This document shows positions 23,603-37,374 of a stretch of 60,000 bases of DNA, piece by piece. The number at the start of each line of letters is the position of its first letter. Within the stretch, counting starts at the first letter, position 1. The notes beneath the pieces were generated by a model. That model saw only the letters and a program-made list of their open reading frames with translations. It was not told where the DNA came from and ran no database searches. Both the position numbers and the translations under genes were made by a program. Origin of the DNA: Malacoraja senta (Eukaryota); NCBI GenBank assembly GCA_038087875.1, contig CM075987.1, positions 22,136,001 through 22,196,000 on the forward strand, written 5' to 3'.

Positions 23603-26088
23603 GTATTGGAGTAGATAACACAGATTGGAACCTTTTTCCATGACACCCAAATAAGGCAGCTTTGGCCTGGACTAAGTATAAAATAAGTATTAAATGAGAA
23701 AATGTCATTTCTCAGAACTGTTTCCTTTGAATTCAGAAACAATCAAGTTTTCAAGAACTTGAACATACCATTGCAATATTAAAACAATAAAATAAGAAAC
23801 CAAATAAGCCCATAGAGCTATCAGGCGTTCTGTTCACAGATCAGTTGCATTTACCCTGTTGTGATTATTCTACCCACATAACCATCTACTTGGAAGATAA
23901 AAGATCACGAAAGAACCCAATCCTCTTGCTTCAAGTATGCTTTTGTACAACTTTGTAAATGAGCATTATCAAGAGTAGTTCAGTTTGAGCTCCTGCTAAA
24001 TGAATGCTTGAAAACTAAACCTAAGTCCTTAAATGAGTTGCCTTTCTCACCAGCATAGCTTTGCTAGAGGCAAGAGAATTTCAGTTTTGATGCTGCGGTT
24101 GGTTCACTGTAGGTTTACCTGCTCAGACATCAAATCTCACTAACGATATAGATCCTTTTATTCGTTTCCAATTCATCAGTGGGTTATTATAAAATGCCTA
24201 AACTGAGATAATACTAACAACTGAGTGCGTGTCCACTTTAAAGTAAGAAGAATCAGCAAAAATAAATTTGCCTTTCCCACTGATTATTCTTATGATTGCC
24301 ATTTTTCTTTATTTTAAGGTTGTTTGTAAGTCTGTGGTTTAATTTGTATGGGTTGAATGAAGCACGTTGTTATAGCCTTGCCATATCTTTTCCCCATTCA
24401 GGCTACTATTTTAATGCAAGAAAGGACAGTTAATATTTCCTCCATTTCACAATTTGCAACACAGAGGATCCCACACTGTTACGGATCACTGTTATTGCGA
24501 GTTCATGATGTTGCTTGTGGCAGACCAGAGAAGTACAGTTTCCTTTTTTCTATGTCAAAAAAGCTGCACATTAATGAATGTTTTTTCATTCTGTGCATTT
24601 TCATGATCAGACTTAATTATATTTAGCTAATTTTCTTAAAAGATGAAGGGGATTGACTCCTTAGTTCAATACACAACGGAAGTTTGTGAAGAGATAAGGA
24701 AAGTCATGATAAATCAGAAGGAATCATGAGTTAAAATGAAGCTTGATTTTCAGAAGCTTGAAGATTAGAAGACAAATGAAAAATTTGTCACAGTTTAAGT
24801 GTCAGGAAAAAGATAAGCTTATGTAGAAAATACAACCCTGGGTTTTCCGATCAAAACTGCCTGTTTTAGGAGCCTTAATTGTATTGGTTCCATTACTGAT
24901 TGGGTTTAATTTCAACACATTGAAGACTGAAGATGAGAAACAATACTGATTTAATATCTTTCCAGCTCAAACAAAACAAGAGAAAATTGTACTGAGAGCA
25001 TTATTTTTATATACAGGAAATACGGGAAGTAGATCTAATTTCAAAGGTGGAAAGAATTTGGATTTCTCATGTGGGGTTTGAGTAAGATGATTGTGAAGGA
25101 TTCACCAGAATTTAGGGATGTCCATTCCGTCCTCTTGTGTTTTGTTTAATTGTATGTTTGAGGCTGAGTGGAATGGTAACTTTTCTTTGACAAATATAAA
25201 TGTGCAAAATGGGTCTATACTCTCTGGAATTTAGGATAAGAAATCATCTCATTCTAAGGGGTCTTGACAAAGTAGATGCAATGAGACTAAAGGAAAAACC
25301 CCACAGAACTTAACAAATAGAAAGTAAAGTAGGGCCATTAGGTTACTTCTCCCTCCACCATCATTCAATAAATCATGGCTGATTCCTACGCTAACCCCAT
25401 AGCACTTGGTGGCTCAAAGAGCGAAGATGGCAGTATGTAGAAGTGTGGAGAGGATTGTGTTCTGAGTTGGTTGGTTATAGCTGAGCGAGTTAACGAGGGC
25501 AGATGGAGCCAGGTGAGGGAGGAGGAAAGGGATGGAACAGGTGAACAAAATGAGACAGGACCTGGATGGGCTGGTGGGAAAGGTACATGGGATTTGGCTT
25601 ATCAGAAATTGGCAAATTCAATGTTTGTACCATTGGGTCTTAAGTTATCCAAGCGGAATTTTCCCAATCATGATAGTTCTTTATTTGGCAATGTTATTAG
25701 CCTATTTCTTTCATCAAAAACCGTCTTTAACTTTCCCTGGCTGGTCCACCTTCACCGATAGATTTTTGTTTGTGTCTTAAAGAATATATACCTTACTAGA
25801 GTAAGTGGGACCCATTGGGTCCCATGTTCACACGGGAGGGCTGGTCTCCCAACGCAATATTCCACCTCTCCACCAATTCCAATATTGGTGGCCAGTGGGG
25901 GGGGGGGGGGGGGCTTTCTGGAGCGCTAGTAGGGTGTTGTTGGGTGAAGCGACTGGTTTCCAGAGGGCTAGTATGGACATTGTGGGCCAAATGGATTCTT
26001 GGGGTGGCAGCTCAGTCACTCAAGCCTGATGTGCTGCCAGCTCACGGCTGGTGGGCTGGCAGTTGACTCACGGCTATTCCTTGAAATT

Positions 26089-27395
26089 CCATTTCAAGCA
26101 GGGTGCAAGGCCACCAAATTCAAATGCAGTTTCCTACCATTTCAAGCAGGGTGCAAGGCCACCAAATTCAAGTGCAGTTTCTTACCACTTCAAGCAGGGT
26201 GCAATGCCACCAAATTCAAGTGCAGTTTCACGCCACCAAGCAGGGTGCAGGGCCACCAAACTCAAGTGCAGTTTCCTACCACTTCAAGCAGGGTGCAAGG
26301 CCACCAAATTCAAGTGCAGTTTCTTGCCATTTCAAGCTGGGTGCAAGGCCACCAAATTCAAGTGCAGTTTCATGCCACTTCAAGCAGGGTGCAAGGCCAC
26401 CAAATTCAAGTGCAGTTTCATGCCTCTTCAAGCAGGGTGCAAGGCCACCAAATTCAAGTGCAGTTTCATGCCACCAAGCAGGGTGCAAGGCCACCAAATT
26501 CAAGTGCTGTTTCATACCACTTCAAGCAGGGTGCAAGACAACCAAATTCAAGTGCAGTTTCATACCATTTCATGCAGGGTGCAAGGCCACCAAATTCAAA
26601 TGCAGTTTCATACCATTTCATGCAGGGTGCAAGGCCACCAAATTCAAATGCAGTTTTATACCACTTCAAGCAGGGTGCAATGCCACCAAATTCAAGTGCA
26701 GTTTCATACCACTTCAAGCAGGGTGCAAGGCCACCAAACTCAAGTGCAGTTTCCTACCACTTCAAGCAGGGTGCAGGGCCACCAAACTCAAGTGCAGTTT
26801 CCTACCACTTCAAGCAGGGTGCAAGGCCACCAAATTCAAGTGCAGTTTCTTGCCATTTCAAGCTGGGTGCAAGGCCACCAAATTCAAGTGCAGTTTCATG
26901 CCACTTCAAGCAGGGTGCAAGGCCACCAAATGCAAGTGCAGTTTCATGCCACTTCAAGCAGGGTGCAAGGCCACCAAATTCAAGTGCAGTTTCATGCCAC
27001 CAAGCAGGGTGCAAGGCCACCAAATTCAAGTGCAGTTTCATGCCATCTCAAGCAGGGTGCAAGGCCACCAAATTCAAATGCAGTTTCATACCATTTCAAG
27101 CAGGGTGCAAAGCCACCAAATTCAAATGCAGTTTCATACCATTTCATGCAGGGTGCAAGGCAACCAAATTCAAGTGCAGTTTCATACCACTTCAAGCAGG
27201 GTGCAAGGCCACCAAATTTAAGTGCAATTTCATACCACTTCAAGCAGGGTGCAAGGCCACCAAATTCAAATGCAGTTTCATACCATTTCAAGCAGGGTGC
27301 AAGGCCACCAAAATTAAATGCAGTTTCATACCATTTCATGCAGGGTGCAAGGCCACCACATTCAAATGCAGTTTCATACCATTTCAAGCAGGGTG
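26089..27395. repeat. 48-bp minisatellite, ~27 units, inside the Helitron
   Basis: Unit TTCAAGCAGGGTGCAAGGCCACCAAATTCAAGTGCAGTTTCATACCAC with occasional 46-bp variants; gives the 16-aa periodicity in the ORF track. Confidence 0.97.
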
Positions 27396-27488
27396 AAACC
27401 ACTGTAAAACCACCATAAAACCACACAAAACACCACACTCAGTAGACATTCAGTGTGTTCAGTTGATTCACAGCTCAGACAGTCGTGA

Positions 27489-27683
27489 CCTCTCCCTCTC
27501 CCTCTCCCTCTCCCTCTCCCTCTCCCTCTCCCTCTCCCTCTCCCTCTCCCTCTCCCTCTCCCTCTCCCTCTCCCTCTCCCTCTCCCTCTCCCTCTCCCTC
27601 TCCCTCTCCCTCTCCCTCTCCCTCTCCCTCTCCCTCTCCCTCTCCCTCTCCCTCTCCCTCTCCCTCTCCCTCTCCCTCTCCCC
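27489..27683. repeat. (CTCTCC)n microsatellite, ~32 copies
   Basis: Perfect hexamer tract. Confidence 0.98.
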
Positions 27684-29930
27684 ATCTTGCAGAGACTGAG
27701 CCACACCCACACTTCTGGGTTTTATAATCCCTCCCCCTCCCACCGGAAGGGGCATGGCCTTCATGGCATGATTGACAGGAGAGATTCTCAACATTTTTTA
27801 AACACTAATAACACTTTTATTTTTCATTGATGGGAAGAATCCTCTGCACCTGATGAGCGGAGGGGGACTGAGTAACATGGCCAAAAATCACAGCGGTAAG
27901 TGGTAGCATTTTATCAAAAATCAATATACAGTGCAAACAGGAAGTTGTCAAGTTTAGACTTTTAATCATTTGCCATTTCAAACCAACCACCACCAACCAT
28001 TTGCTGTGCTTTATTTCAAACCAACCACCACCAACCATTTGCTGTGCTTTATTTCAGACCAACCACATTTTCATTTTCAAACCACATTAAGGGCACACAA
28101 GTTCAGCAAAACCACACTCACAGTTTAGTAGACATGTGTTCAGTGTTATTCACAGCTCCGACTGAGAGACATGACCCTCTCGCTCCCCCATCTTGCAGGG
28201 ACTGACTGAGGCACTCAACACTTCCGGGTTTTATAGTCCCTCCGGAAGGGGCGTGGCCTTCAGGAGAGAGAATCTCAACATTTTTTAAACACTATTAACT
28301 CTTTTATTTTTCATCGATGGGAAAAATCCTCTTGTCCTGCACAGCTGAGGGGGACTCTGAGTGAAATGGCCAACAATCACAGCCGTAAGTGGCAGCATTT
28401 TTTCTAAAATCAATATACAGAACAATAGGAAGTGGTCAAGATCAGACTTTTAGTAATATAGATTTGTAAACTATGCATTAATTCTTTAAATATTATGTAT
28501 TACTTATTTACTGTCAAGTCTTTAAATATAATTTCCTAATTTCAATAGCCAACTCCAATGTCATAAGCTCCATTCAAATTTAAGATCCTGAAATTAACAT
28601 TGAACTAAATCACTTTTAATTCAATATCAAATTCAATCCTATTATAATCACTGTTTACTAAAAGTCCCTTTCTGAATACCCACTTTAAAATACTCCGTGA
28701 ATTCAGGCTTCACAGTGTTACTGCTCACTTAGTTTGCCCAGTCTTTATGTATATTCAAGTTCCCCATGCAAATGTGAAGATCTGAAATAAAAACAGAAAA
28801 TGCTAGAAATAATTAGTAGGTCAGAAAGCATCTGTGTAGAAAGAAATAGAGTTAATGTTCAGATTAATGACCGTTCATTAAAATTATGAAAAGATAGAAA
28901 TCAAATATGTTTTAGTATGTTTGTGGATGTTTTACATTGCGGAGAAGAAAATAAATAGTGGGAACAAAGAGATGCCTGCGACAGAGGTGTGAAAGGTATT
29001 CAAGTTGAAGTGTTAACTCTGTTCTTTTCTCCACAAATGCTGCCCAACATGCTGTGAGGTTCTTTCAATTGATGGCATAGGGAATATATCTCTGGATAAA
29101 ACTGATATGGGAAATTTCTTTCTTCAGAACGCTGTGAACCTTAAATCATTGAGAAAATTTAAGGCTGTAAAGAGATTTTTGGACTATGAGCAAACAGGGG
29201 TTGAGGAGATTCCACAGGAAAATGAAATTGAAGCCAGAGATCTGATTAGCCATAATCTTATAGAATTAAAGATTTAAAGGGCCAAGCGACCTACTCTTGC
29301 TCTTTATTTCTTAAAATTCACATGAATCTTAGTTTAGAAATATTAAACGCTCGGGCTATGCAGGGCTTACTCACAAATGAAAGAATATTCATGGCCAACA
29401 TGAGTGCAATATTATAGCCAAGCAAACACAAATGTGTAAGTCATTGAAACTTGGTGTGCCATGTTGGCTGTGGAATGCGTTAATCTACAGCTAACAGAAG
29501 GGGTGTAACTGCTTCCATAGCTTTCAGATGTCTCATAAATTGGTTGCCTGGCTGCCCTGGGTGATTGCTGATTGAGTTTTCCTCCCTTTTTGGAAAATCC
29601 CCTGTCATTTGTTCACATCTCTTTCGTGGGATGCTCGAGGTTATACGCTCACCAATTTGACTGTAGTCTTGGACAATGAAGTAATATTCAACAATGTTTA
29701 AAGTGCAAGGGAGTTCTTTGAGGTGTCCTGGGTGGTGTGAACAATGATTTCACAACATATGCACAAATGTGGTCATGGCCACGCTGCTCTTGCCAGAGCT
29801 CACTCGGTGGAAATTGGCTGTCATTTTTCCTATGTTGCAAAAATTATTAGACCAAAAAACCTATTTCATTGCCTGTAAGGCACTTTCAGACAAACAAATT
29901 TTTCAGAAAATGCTATTGTGAGTCTTTTTT

Positions 29931-30558
29931 AGATACATAGATACATAGAAAATAGGTGCAGGAGTAGGCCATTCGGCCCTTCGAGCCTGCACCGCCATTC
30001 AATATGATCATGGCTGATCATCCAACTCAGTATCCCGTACCTGCCTTCTCTCCATACCCCCTGATCCCCTTAGCCACAAGGGCCACATCTAACTCCCTCT
30101 TAAATATAGCCAATGAACTGGCCTCAACTACCCTCTGTTGCAGAGAGTTCCATAGATTCACCACTCTCTGTGTGAAAAAGTTTTTCCTCATCTCGGTGTT
30201 AAAGGATTTCCGCCTTATCCTTAAGCTGTGACCCCTTGTCCTGGACTTCCCCAACATCGGGAACAATCTTCCTGCATCTAGCCTGTCCAACCCCATAAGA
30301 ATTTTGTACGTTTCGATAAGATCCCCTCTCAATCTCCTAAATTCTAGCGAGTATAAGCCAAGTCTATCCAGTCTTTCTTCATATGAAAGTCCTGACATCT
30401 CAGGAATCAGTCTGGTGAACCTTCTCTGCACTCCCTCTATGGCTATAATGTCCTTCCTCAGATTTGGAGACCAAAACTGTATGCAATACTCCAGGTGTGG
30501 TCTCACCAAGGCCCTGTACAACTGCAGTAGAACCTCCCTGCTCCTATACTCAAATCCT
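29931..30558 (-). mobile_element. CR1/HER1-type LINE 3' fragment
   Basis: Open frame YRALVRPHLEYCIQFWSP...KAGTGY and (TCTATGTA)-type tail. Confidence 0.93.
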
Positions 30559-30804
30559 TTTCTTTATTGCAGGCTCAAAAGTATTTGGAGATGTATACAT
30601 TCTTAACAACTTGCATCCATGTAAGATTTTTAAAGTAGAATGTGGAAGATATCCCAAAGTACCACACATTATTGCGATAAATGTCCTAAGGGGAAGTATG
30701 TACCAAGGAGAGAGCCCAAAGAATATGTTTTGAGAAGGATTTTTAGAAAAAGTTAATAATGAAATCGTATTAATGGAAAGTAGTTTCCGAGTTTGAATCT
30801 TGAG

Positions 30805-31222
30805 AAAAAAACAAAAGGCTGGAGAATTTAAGTGAGTCAGGCAGAATCTAGCGGGAATAGGCAGTTGACATTTTGGGCGGGAACCCTTCTTCAGACTGAT
30901 GCGGTAGAGAGGAGAAATAACAAGGAAATATGGGACAGAGATGGGAGATGAGTGTACGCAGGAGGGGAAATGGTCAGGGTGACTTCAGTGATGGGGGATG
31001 GTGGGAGAAATGTGTATGCATTCGAGCAGGGGGAGGGAGTGGAAGGGCAGGAGACAGAGAAAGGGATAGGGAATGTTTTCTCTGAAATTGGGAAATTCAG
31101 TATTCATGACATTGGGTGTAGGCTGCCCAAGCGCAATATAACGTGCTGTTCTTTCACTTTGCATGTGGCTTCGCTGTGGCAAAGGAGGAGACCAAGGACA
31201 GAAAGGTCAGTCTGGGAAGGGG
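30805..31222 (-). mobile_element. PLE 3' end / terminal repeat remnant
   Basis: gaacccttcttcagactg (antisense hammerhead-like core) and gctgcccaagcg.aatata...ggacagaaaggtcagt matching 8270-8370. Confidence 0.7.
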
Positions 31223-31225
31223 TAC

Positions 31226-32150
31226 TTTTTTTTCCAAAAATAAACTTTATTTAGAATGAAAAATATATACAAAACAAATACTGTGCAAAAACATTTCATA
31301 CATTTTCCGTGGCTATGCATTCAATAGTATCTTACTTAGTAGTGTTTGCTCCTATCCTTAAACAAAGCATCCTTACCACTCATGTAATCTATCAAGGTGA
31401 TATCCCTTCCCTTATTTCAGGGGTGGACCCACCAAACTCTGCCTCTCAATGTCCAGCAGCAGAAGAACCCCAGACTGTGAACCACAGAGCCTTGGCATTG
31501 GCTGCATCCTGCTTGTGAGTTCCTCTGCATGTAGTCCTGCAGTCCGGAATGGGCCAGTCAGCAACATTCCCGGATGGACAACTCGCTGTGCTGGTAAACC
31601 GACAAGTTTCTGGCAGACCAAATAACATCTTTCACCGAGTTCATGATCTTCCAGCAATGTTTGATGTCCATCTCCAAATGTGTCTCTTGGAATAGCCCGT
31701 AAATCAGAGAGTCCTCAGTTACGGAGCTGTTCGGGATGAACCGTGACAAGGAGCCTTGTATCATTCTCCAGACCCGCTTTGCAAATCCACACTCTACAAA
31801 GAGGTGGACAACCATCTCCTCTCCTTGGCAGCAGTCCCGAGGGCAGTGTGCATGGGTACTAAAATTCCAATGGTACAGGAAGGATCTGATTGGATGGGCC
31901 CTTCTCACCTCAGCCAAGCGAGATCTTGGTGCTTGTTGGCGAGTTCTGGAGATGAGGCATTTTGCCAGACAAAATGGGAAGTCTGCTCAGGGAACCATGC
32001 CACAGGATCCATCGAGTCCTTGTCCTGCAGTGCCTGCAAGATATTCTGTACTGACCACTGCCCAATGGACTTGTGACAGTTAACAAACAGGTCTCTGGAT
32101 GGAAGTGAGAGAAGAGGTGTCTATTCACGGATCACGGCAGACCTCCTTGG
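31226..32150 (-). mobile_element. Tx1/L1-clade LINE 3' fragment with poly(A)
   Basis: zf-RVT-like HCPRDCCQGEEMVVHLFVECGFAKRVW...SVKDVIWSARNL. Minus-strand AATAAA and A-tail at ~31226-31252. Confidence 0.8.
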
Positions 32151-35100
32151 TGAGATAAAGGTTCCCTCCACAGGTGTTGCCGGATCTGCTGAGTTCATCC
32201 AGCCTTGTGCTTTTTTGTTTATGATGAAGCCTGGCTACAGATCCCAAGGGGTTGGGTGTACATTGAGGATTGACTGCATTTGGGCAACGTTGTACTTTAG
32301 TCAGTGTGAGGTCAGTGTGATTGGCTTTGTATTATCAGATATGGCCTCTGTTCTTTATCAATACGTAGTTTTTCTTCCTCAAACAGTTCAATAGCTATTT
32401 TGAAAACATTATATTTACTGCAACATCAATTTAAAGTCCGTTATATTTTTTAAAAAAGCTTTATTTTGGTTTGGATTAGTTGTGGTTAAGTTAGGTTCGG
32501 TTTAGGTCAGATTTAAAATGTTAATTTATAACATTTTTACTTGAACAGCCCATCACCTGCAGGGCTGCCGTAGTTTACAAATTTGCAGTGAGTTCATTAT
32601 TATTTTGCGAACAGCGGATTTATACACAATTATTAGTGTTGTTGATATTCATTGATGGCTAGGAGGACACCGGGTCTTCTAATACTGGTCAAGAGTTCTA
32701 TATTCTTCAACCATTTCCAATGAAACAGTTAAACTAAACTAGTCACTTGTCTCTTTGACTTTTGCACTTCCTATTTGCAAATGGCTACTTATCAGCAGGA
32801 GGTAAACTACAATAATTAATTAAATGTAAAAGAGTTTGGAACATCTGACAATCTGACAGACCTTCAGAATACTTATTTTTTGTCTAAAAAGGTAATTTGG
32901 TAATAAATGCTTTAAAATAAAAGCAGCGCTACACATCTGAAATAGAAGTACATTAAATATTAACTCTGTTTTTCTTTCCCCAGATGTTGACTGATCTGCT
33001 GAGTGCTTCCAGCATTTTCAGTTATTATTATTATATATGTTAGTATTTTAATTCAGTCCAAGTAGATTTTGGACCCACCTTATCAAAATTAAAAACTGCC
33101 AGTGTCATTGTCAAAGTGACCTAGCATCTCATTTGATGCTAATTCAAAAGAGTTTCTGATAATTGCAGACAATGTGTGAATTAGTCCTGTTGTTTGTATA
33201 TATTTCTAATCTCAGCTAAGTTTATTTGGTTAGAAAGGGTTAATGAAAATGTAGATTTAATCTTGATTTCTGATGGATTTTTATCTCTAATGGATACTTG
33301 CATTATCTTTGATTGACCTTAAACATCAGTTATCTTCTATTTCCCATATAGAGAAGCACTGCTGACTCACCAAAATGCACGTTGTTGGTTACCGAATACT
33401 ACTTATCACACTACTATCAATTTAGATACAATTTTCCTATTGGTGAAATGTGAAGTTGAACATTTATCTCATTGTTCTTTATTGGATCTTGCTGTGACAA
33501 AGGCAATAGGATAAGTCTCTACAAATAATACTGAAGTGCCAGGCTAGATGTCCAGCTTCTGAGGTGGAGTTTGAACCTGTCATCTCTGAGCCATGAACAT
33601 TGAGCCAACCCAGGACTTGCAGTCATTTTATTTTATCAAGAGTTGGGGCATTTTAAGAAAACTGGTGACTAAATTAGAATAATTATGTGTAACATTGAGG
33701 CCCAAAACGTTTTGCCTGATAAAATAGACCTTGTGCATGAAAAGCCATATGTTTGCTGGCTTTGCCATTGAGGATCTAACAGAGAATATTCAGTAGGCTG
33801 AAGATTTTGGGATAGAGAAAATGGGTAAAAATTGGGGATCTCAGAGTATCCCCTGAAGAATTAGTTTATCCTGCCATAGATCTAGTTAATTTCCTTACAA
33901 GGATATCAGTGGCAGCTCTGTTAATCTGCGACCTATGTGCAATAAAGAAGATCCTTCCATCCACAAAGTGGTTTCAATATCCAAGGAATTTGAGTTCCTC
34001 ATTCTTGCATTAGGTCATTAGCCAAGTATCAATGTGCATATCTTCCAATTTCTGCTCCTATATAGAGAGAGTAGACAGTGAGAATATTCTAGAGAATACT
34101 TCCATTATTTGTTTACATTTTAATTTCATCCCAAGCCCTTTAAACTTTAATTGTAAGTCCGCAGTGCTCTTCCTATATAATTAGCTCCAATGTGGACTGT
34201 TTTTCATTTATCCACATCCCCACAGTGCATTCTGTACTGTCTCTGATTGGATCTTGCTGAGACAAAGGCAAATCTCATATTAGTGCTAGTGATTCAACAT
34301 ATGCGTTTTTTGCCAATGACAATACCAAATCTATTACATGCCCACAATTTATTTCACTCATTGCTGCAGCCCTTTGGCTTACATTTTCATGCACAGAAAT
34401 GACCGTTTTGAGGTATTGTCTTGGTCATGATATTGAATGCTGAATATTAGAAGTGGCTGTACATTGTGCAATTATCAGTGAACATCGCTACTTATGGCCT
34501 TACGATTAAAGGAAGGCCATAGATGGAGCAGATGAAGATGGTTAGGGCCAGGACACCAGCCTAAGGAACTTCTGTTGTGAAGGTGGAGATCTCAGGAAGA
34601 AGCAGAGAGAGGTCATCCACAGACACTGCCTATGGCAGCGGTGAAACGTTCACATCGTTTGTGAAGGCTCCTTATTTTTTTAATTATTGGCTTGCAAAAC
34701 ATCATCAGCTGGGTGTTGTACTTTTAGAGTAGGGTTCCAGTATGTGACATATCAAAACTACGATGTTGCATTTCGTAATAATTAGACCAATCAACAAGTC
34801 AGGCAGCATGTGCGGAGATGCAGATGTTGAACTTTTTTAGAATGGTTCAGGATTTGAAATGTCAAGCCCCAAGGTCGGGGCTGAGCTTTCAAAAATTAGC
34901 TTTTGCCCGAATTTGGTGAGTATTTTTAGCTTTCTTTATTTTTATTCTCAGGATTGCAGATTTGACACTTGCCAATTTTACATCCACCAAAATAGTTGAA
35001 GCACTATTTCATTTTCAGCTGTGCCTTAGAATCGAAGTACAATTCATCTTGTTCTCGGAGCAGTGCAAACCTAATTTTTGGTGCTTGGCTGTTACTCTAC

Positions 35101-37374
35101 CTCATCCTGCATTGCACCATTGAAATATATAAATGCAGACGCGAATAGCATTAGAAGTCTGGTGTAGCACCACTTTTTGGAATCAAGAGATGGGGCAACA
35201 AAGCACGGAGTAATAAAGGTTTTTCTCCATTGAGAGTCAGATTGGTTAAGTATACACTTGTGATTAGAAAAAGTGGAAAATCTAGTTTATATTAAGTCAG
35301 TTGTCAAGCCAGACAGCCCAGTTACACCTAAATGATGACTAACAACCTTGAAACTAATCTAATCCAATGAATTTTGCATTAATGTCAATTATTTAAAGAC
35401 AGGAAATTAGAGCATATTGGTTTTTTTAAGTATAAATTTTTGATTTATGCACCAGAGATCAGTTGTAAAAGACAATAGAAACTAATTGTACTTTTAAATT
35501 AGCAAAGGTTTTCAACACTAAATTTTGGGGATTGGGTTAAACCAAGTGTCAGTTTAATTTATTGAGCCTTACATTAACTACGTAGTTCCTCAGAAAGAGG
35601 AGGATGTTAGCTCCTCAACTATCGAGTTGTAGCTGGTCTTAACCACACCTTCATTTACGTGCCTTCACTATATTGTCATCAATGTATTTATCTAACAAAG
35701 ATCTGTCCATCAATTTTGAAAATTTGGAAATCCAGAGTCCAAAACTATATACTACATACAATATTCCAAATGAGTTGCCATAGCCCTGTAAAATCTCAAT
35801 TAGACTTCCTTACTTCTGTAGCACAACTGCCTTTCTTTAAAGACCCACATACTATTTGATTTCCCAATTACTTGCTGTACCTGCTTGTTTGCCTTCCGCA
35901 TTTCATGAACTAGCACATCAAGTTACCTCTGACTGACCGTTACTGTTTCTTACCATTTAAAAAATATTTTTGTTCTCCTTTTTTTGTTATCAGATGAAAC
36001 AACATCACCATTTCCCCACATTATTATTCATCAACCACCGGTCCACTCACTTAATCTTCTTGTATTCTTCACAGACTCTTGCCAAGAAGTTCAATGCATA
36101 ATGATACTTCTATTTTCAGATTTATGTAATTTTAAGTAAAGGTTTTTCCTGTGTTAAAGAAGATGTTCATTTCTAAGTTGTTTTATGACACCCAGGAAAA
36201 TGGACTTGGCATTTTACAGTTTGAGTCGCACTTGACAATGATGAAATATCTTTGTTGTTCACATGGATATGACACCGTTACTAGTATAGTGGGAAAAGTT
36301 AGACCAAGTTATTCCAGAATCACTCATCATGGACACTCGAGTCCAAGGCAACCATGTGTTAATAATGCAGCATCGGATTGAGACCTCCAAGGGAATTTCT
36401 CAGCTTATTTTTGATCCTATTGGCCATCACCTTCCATTTCCACACCACCAAAATCCAGCCTCTCATCTCCTGATATAACTGTTATATGTTACCAGCAGGT
36501 TAAGTGCACTGTAAATTGTGAGTGACCCTTTTAGGGACATCAACATTGATTCTGAACCCTTTAAAGTCCTTTCACATCAAACCTGAAAAGAGAAGCTCGC
36601 TGTTTACTGTCCTTTTTCAGCCAATGAATCAGCACATCTCCATATGGAATAATAGCTGGGAGAAGCACTGAGGCCAGGGGAAGAAACCCATTTTTGGACC
36701 CTTGCAACACCAGTGAATGTGGACTGTGTCCAATAGAACTTGATTGTCAGACTGAGTGCATGGGAGGTAGTAAGTAAGCCAACTCAAGTACTTTGAACTG
36801 GATTTCATTACTCTACTTGTTACAGATGAAACTGTTCTTCATGGCATTAATAGTTAGTGACCAGTGCATGAGCCTCGATGGGACAACATTCCTTCTTCAC
36901 ACTGAGGTGTCTTTTTATTTTTGTGTGTGATGTTGTCAGTGACATAGATTCAGAATAGATCTGGCATCTCAAAACTAGGCATCATGAGACCCTGTGGGCC
37001 ATCATCAACAGCAGATTTGTATTCCACCAGGATCTGTACCTTCAGGAGCCTGCATGTTCTCCATATGTATTAAGCTTGGGGATCAATCCTGGTTGAATGA
37101 TATGTGTAGAAGGACATGACAGGAATACATCTGAAAACAAGATGCCATCCTAGTAAAGCTACAATACAACGTGTGCATGTGAAACAACAAAAAATAACAG
37201 CCTGCAACAGACAAAGTAAACAAGCTCACAATGTAACAGAGGAAGGCACCACCGTTTTGTCACATCAGTGGTGGAGAGTAATAAATCACCTATTCGCAGG
37301 AAGAAGTGTCAAAACTTTCCCCATTCTCAATGAACTTAGGACTTCAGTGCTGAAGACAAGGTTGGTACCCTTTT

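Larger units (their letters stand above)
25796..28462 (-). mobile_element. Non-autonomous Helitron
   Basis: Minus strand starts TCTATATTACTAAAAG (from 28462) and ends CTAG (25796-25799). Hairpin TGGGACCCA-T-TGGGTCCCA (25806-25824) lies 10 nt from the end. Inserted between A and T with no TSD. Confidence 0.88.

Noticed and set aside
25999..27438. Long ORFs (372-465 aa) in three frames, and a CRISPR-like look of the array
   Set aside because: They arise from a stop-free 48-bp tandem unit. There are no unique spacers and no cas genes, and the context is eukaryotic.
27374..27794. Poly-GR, ER, SL and SP ORFs
   Set aside because: They are translations of the (CTCTCC)n microsatellite.
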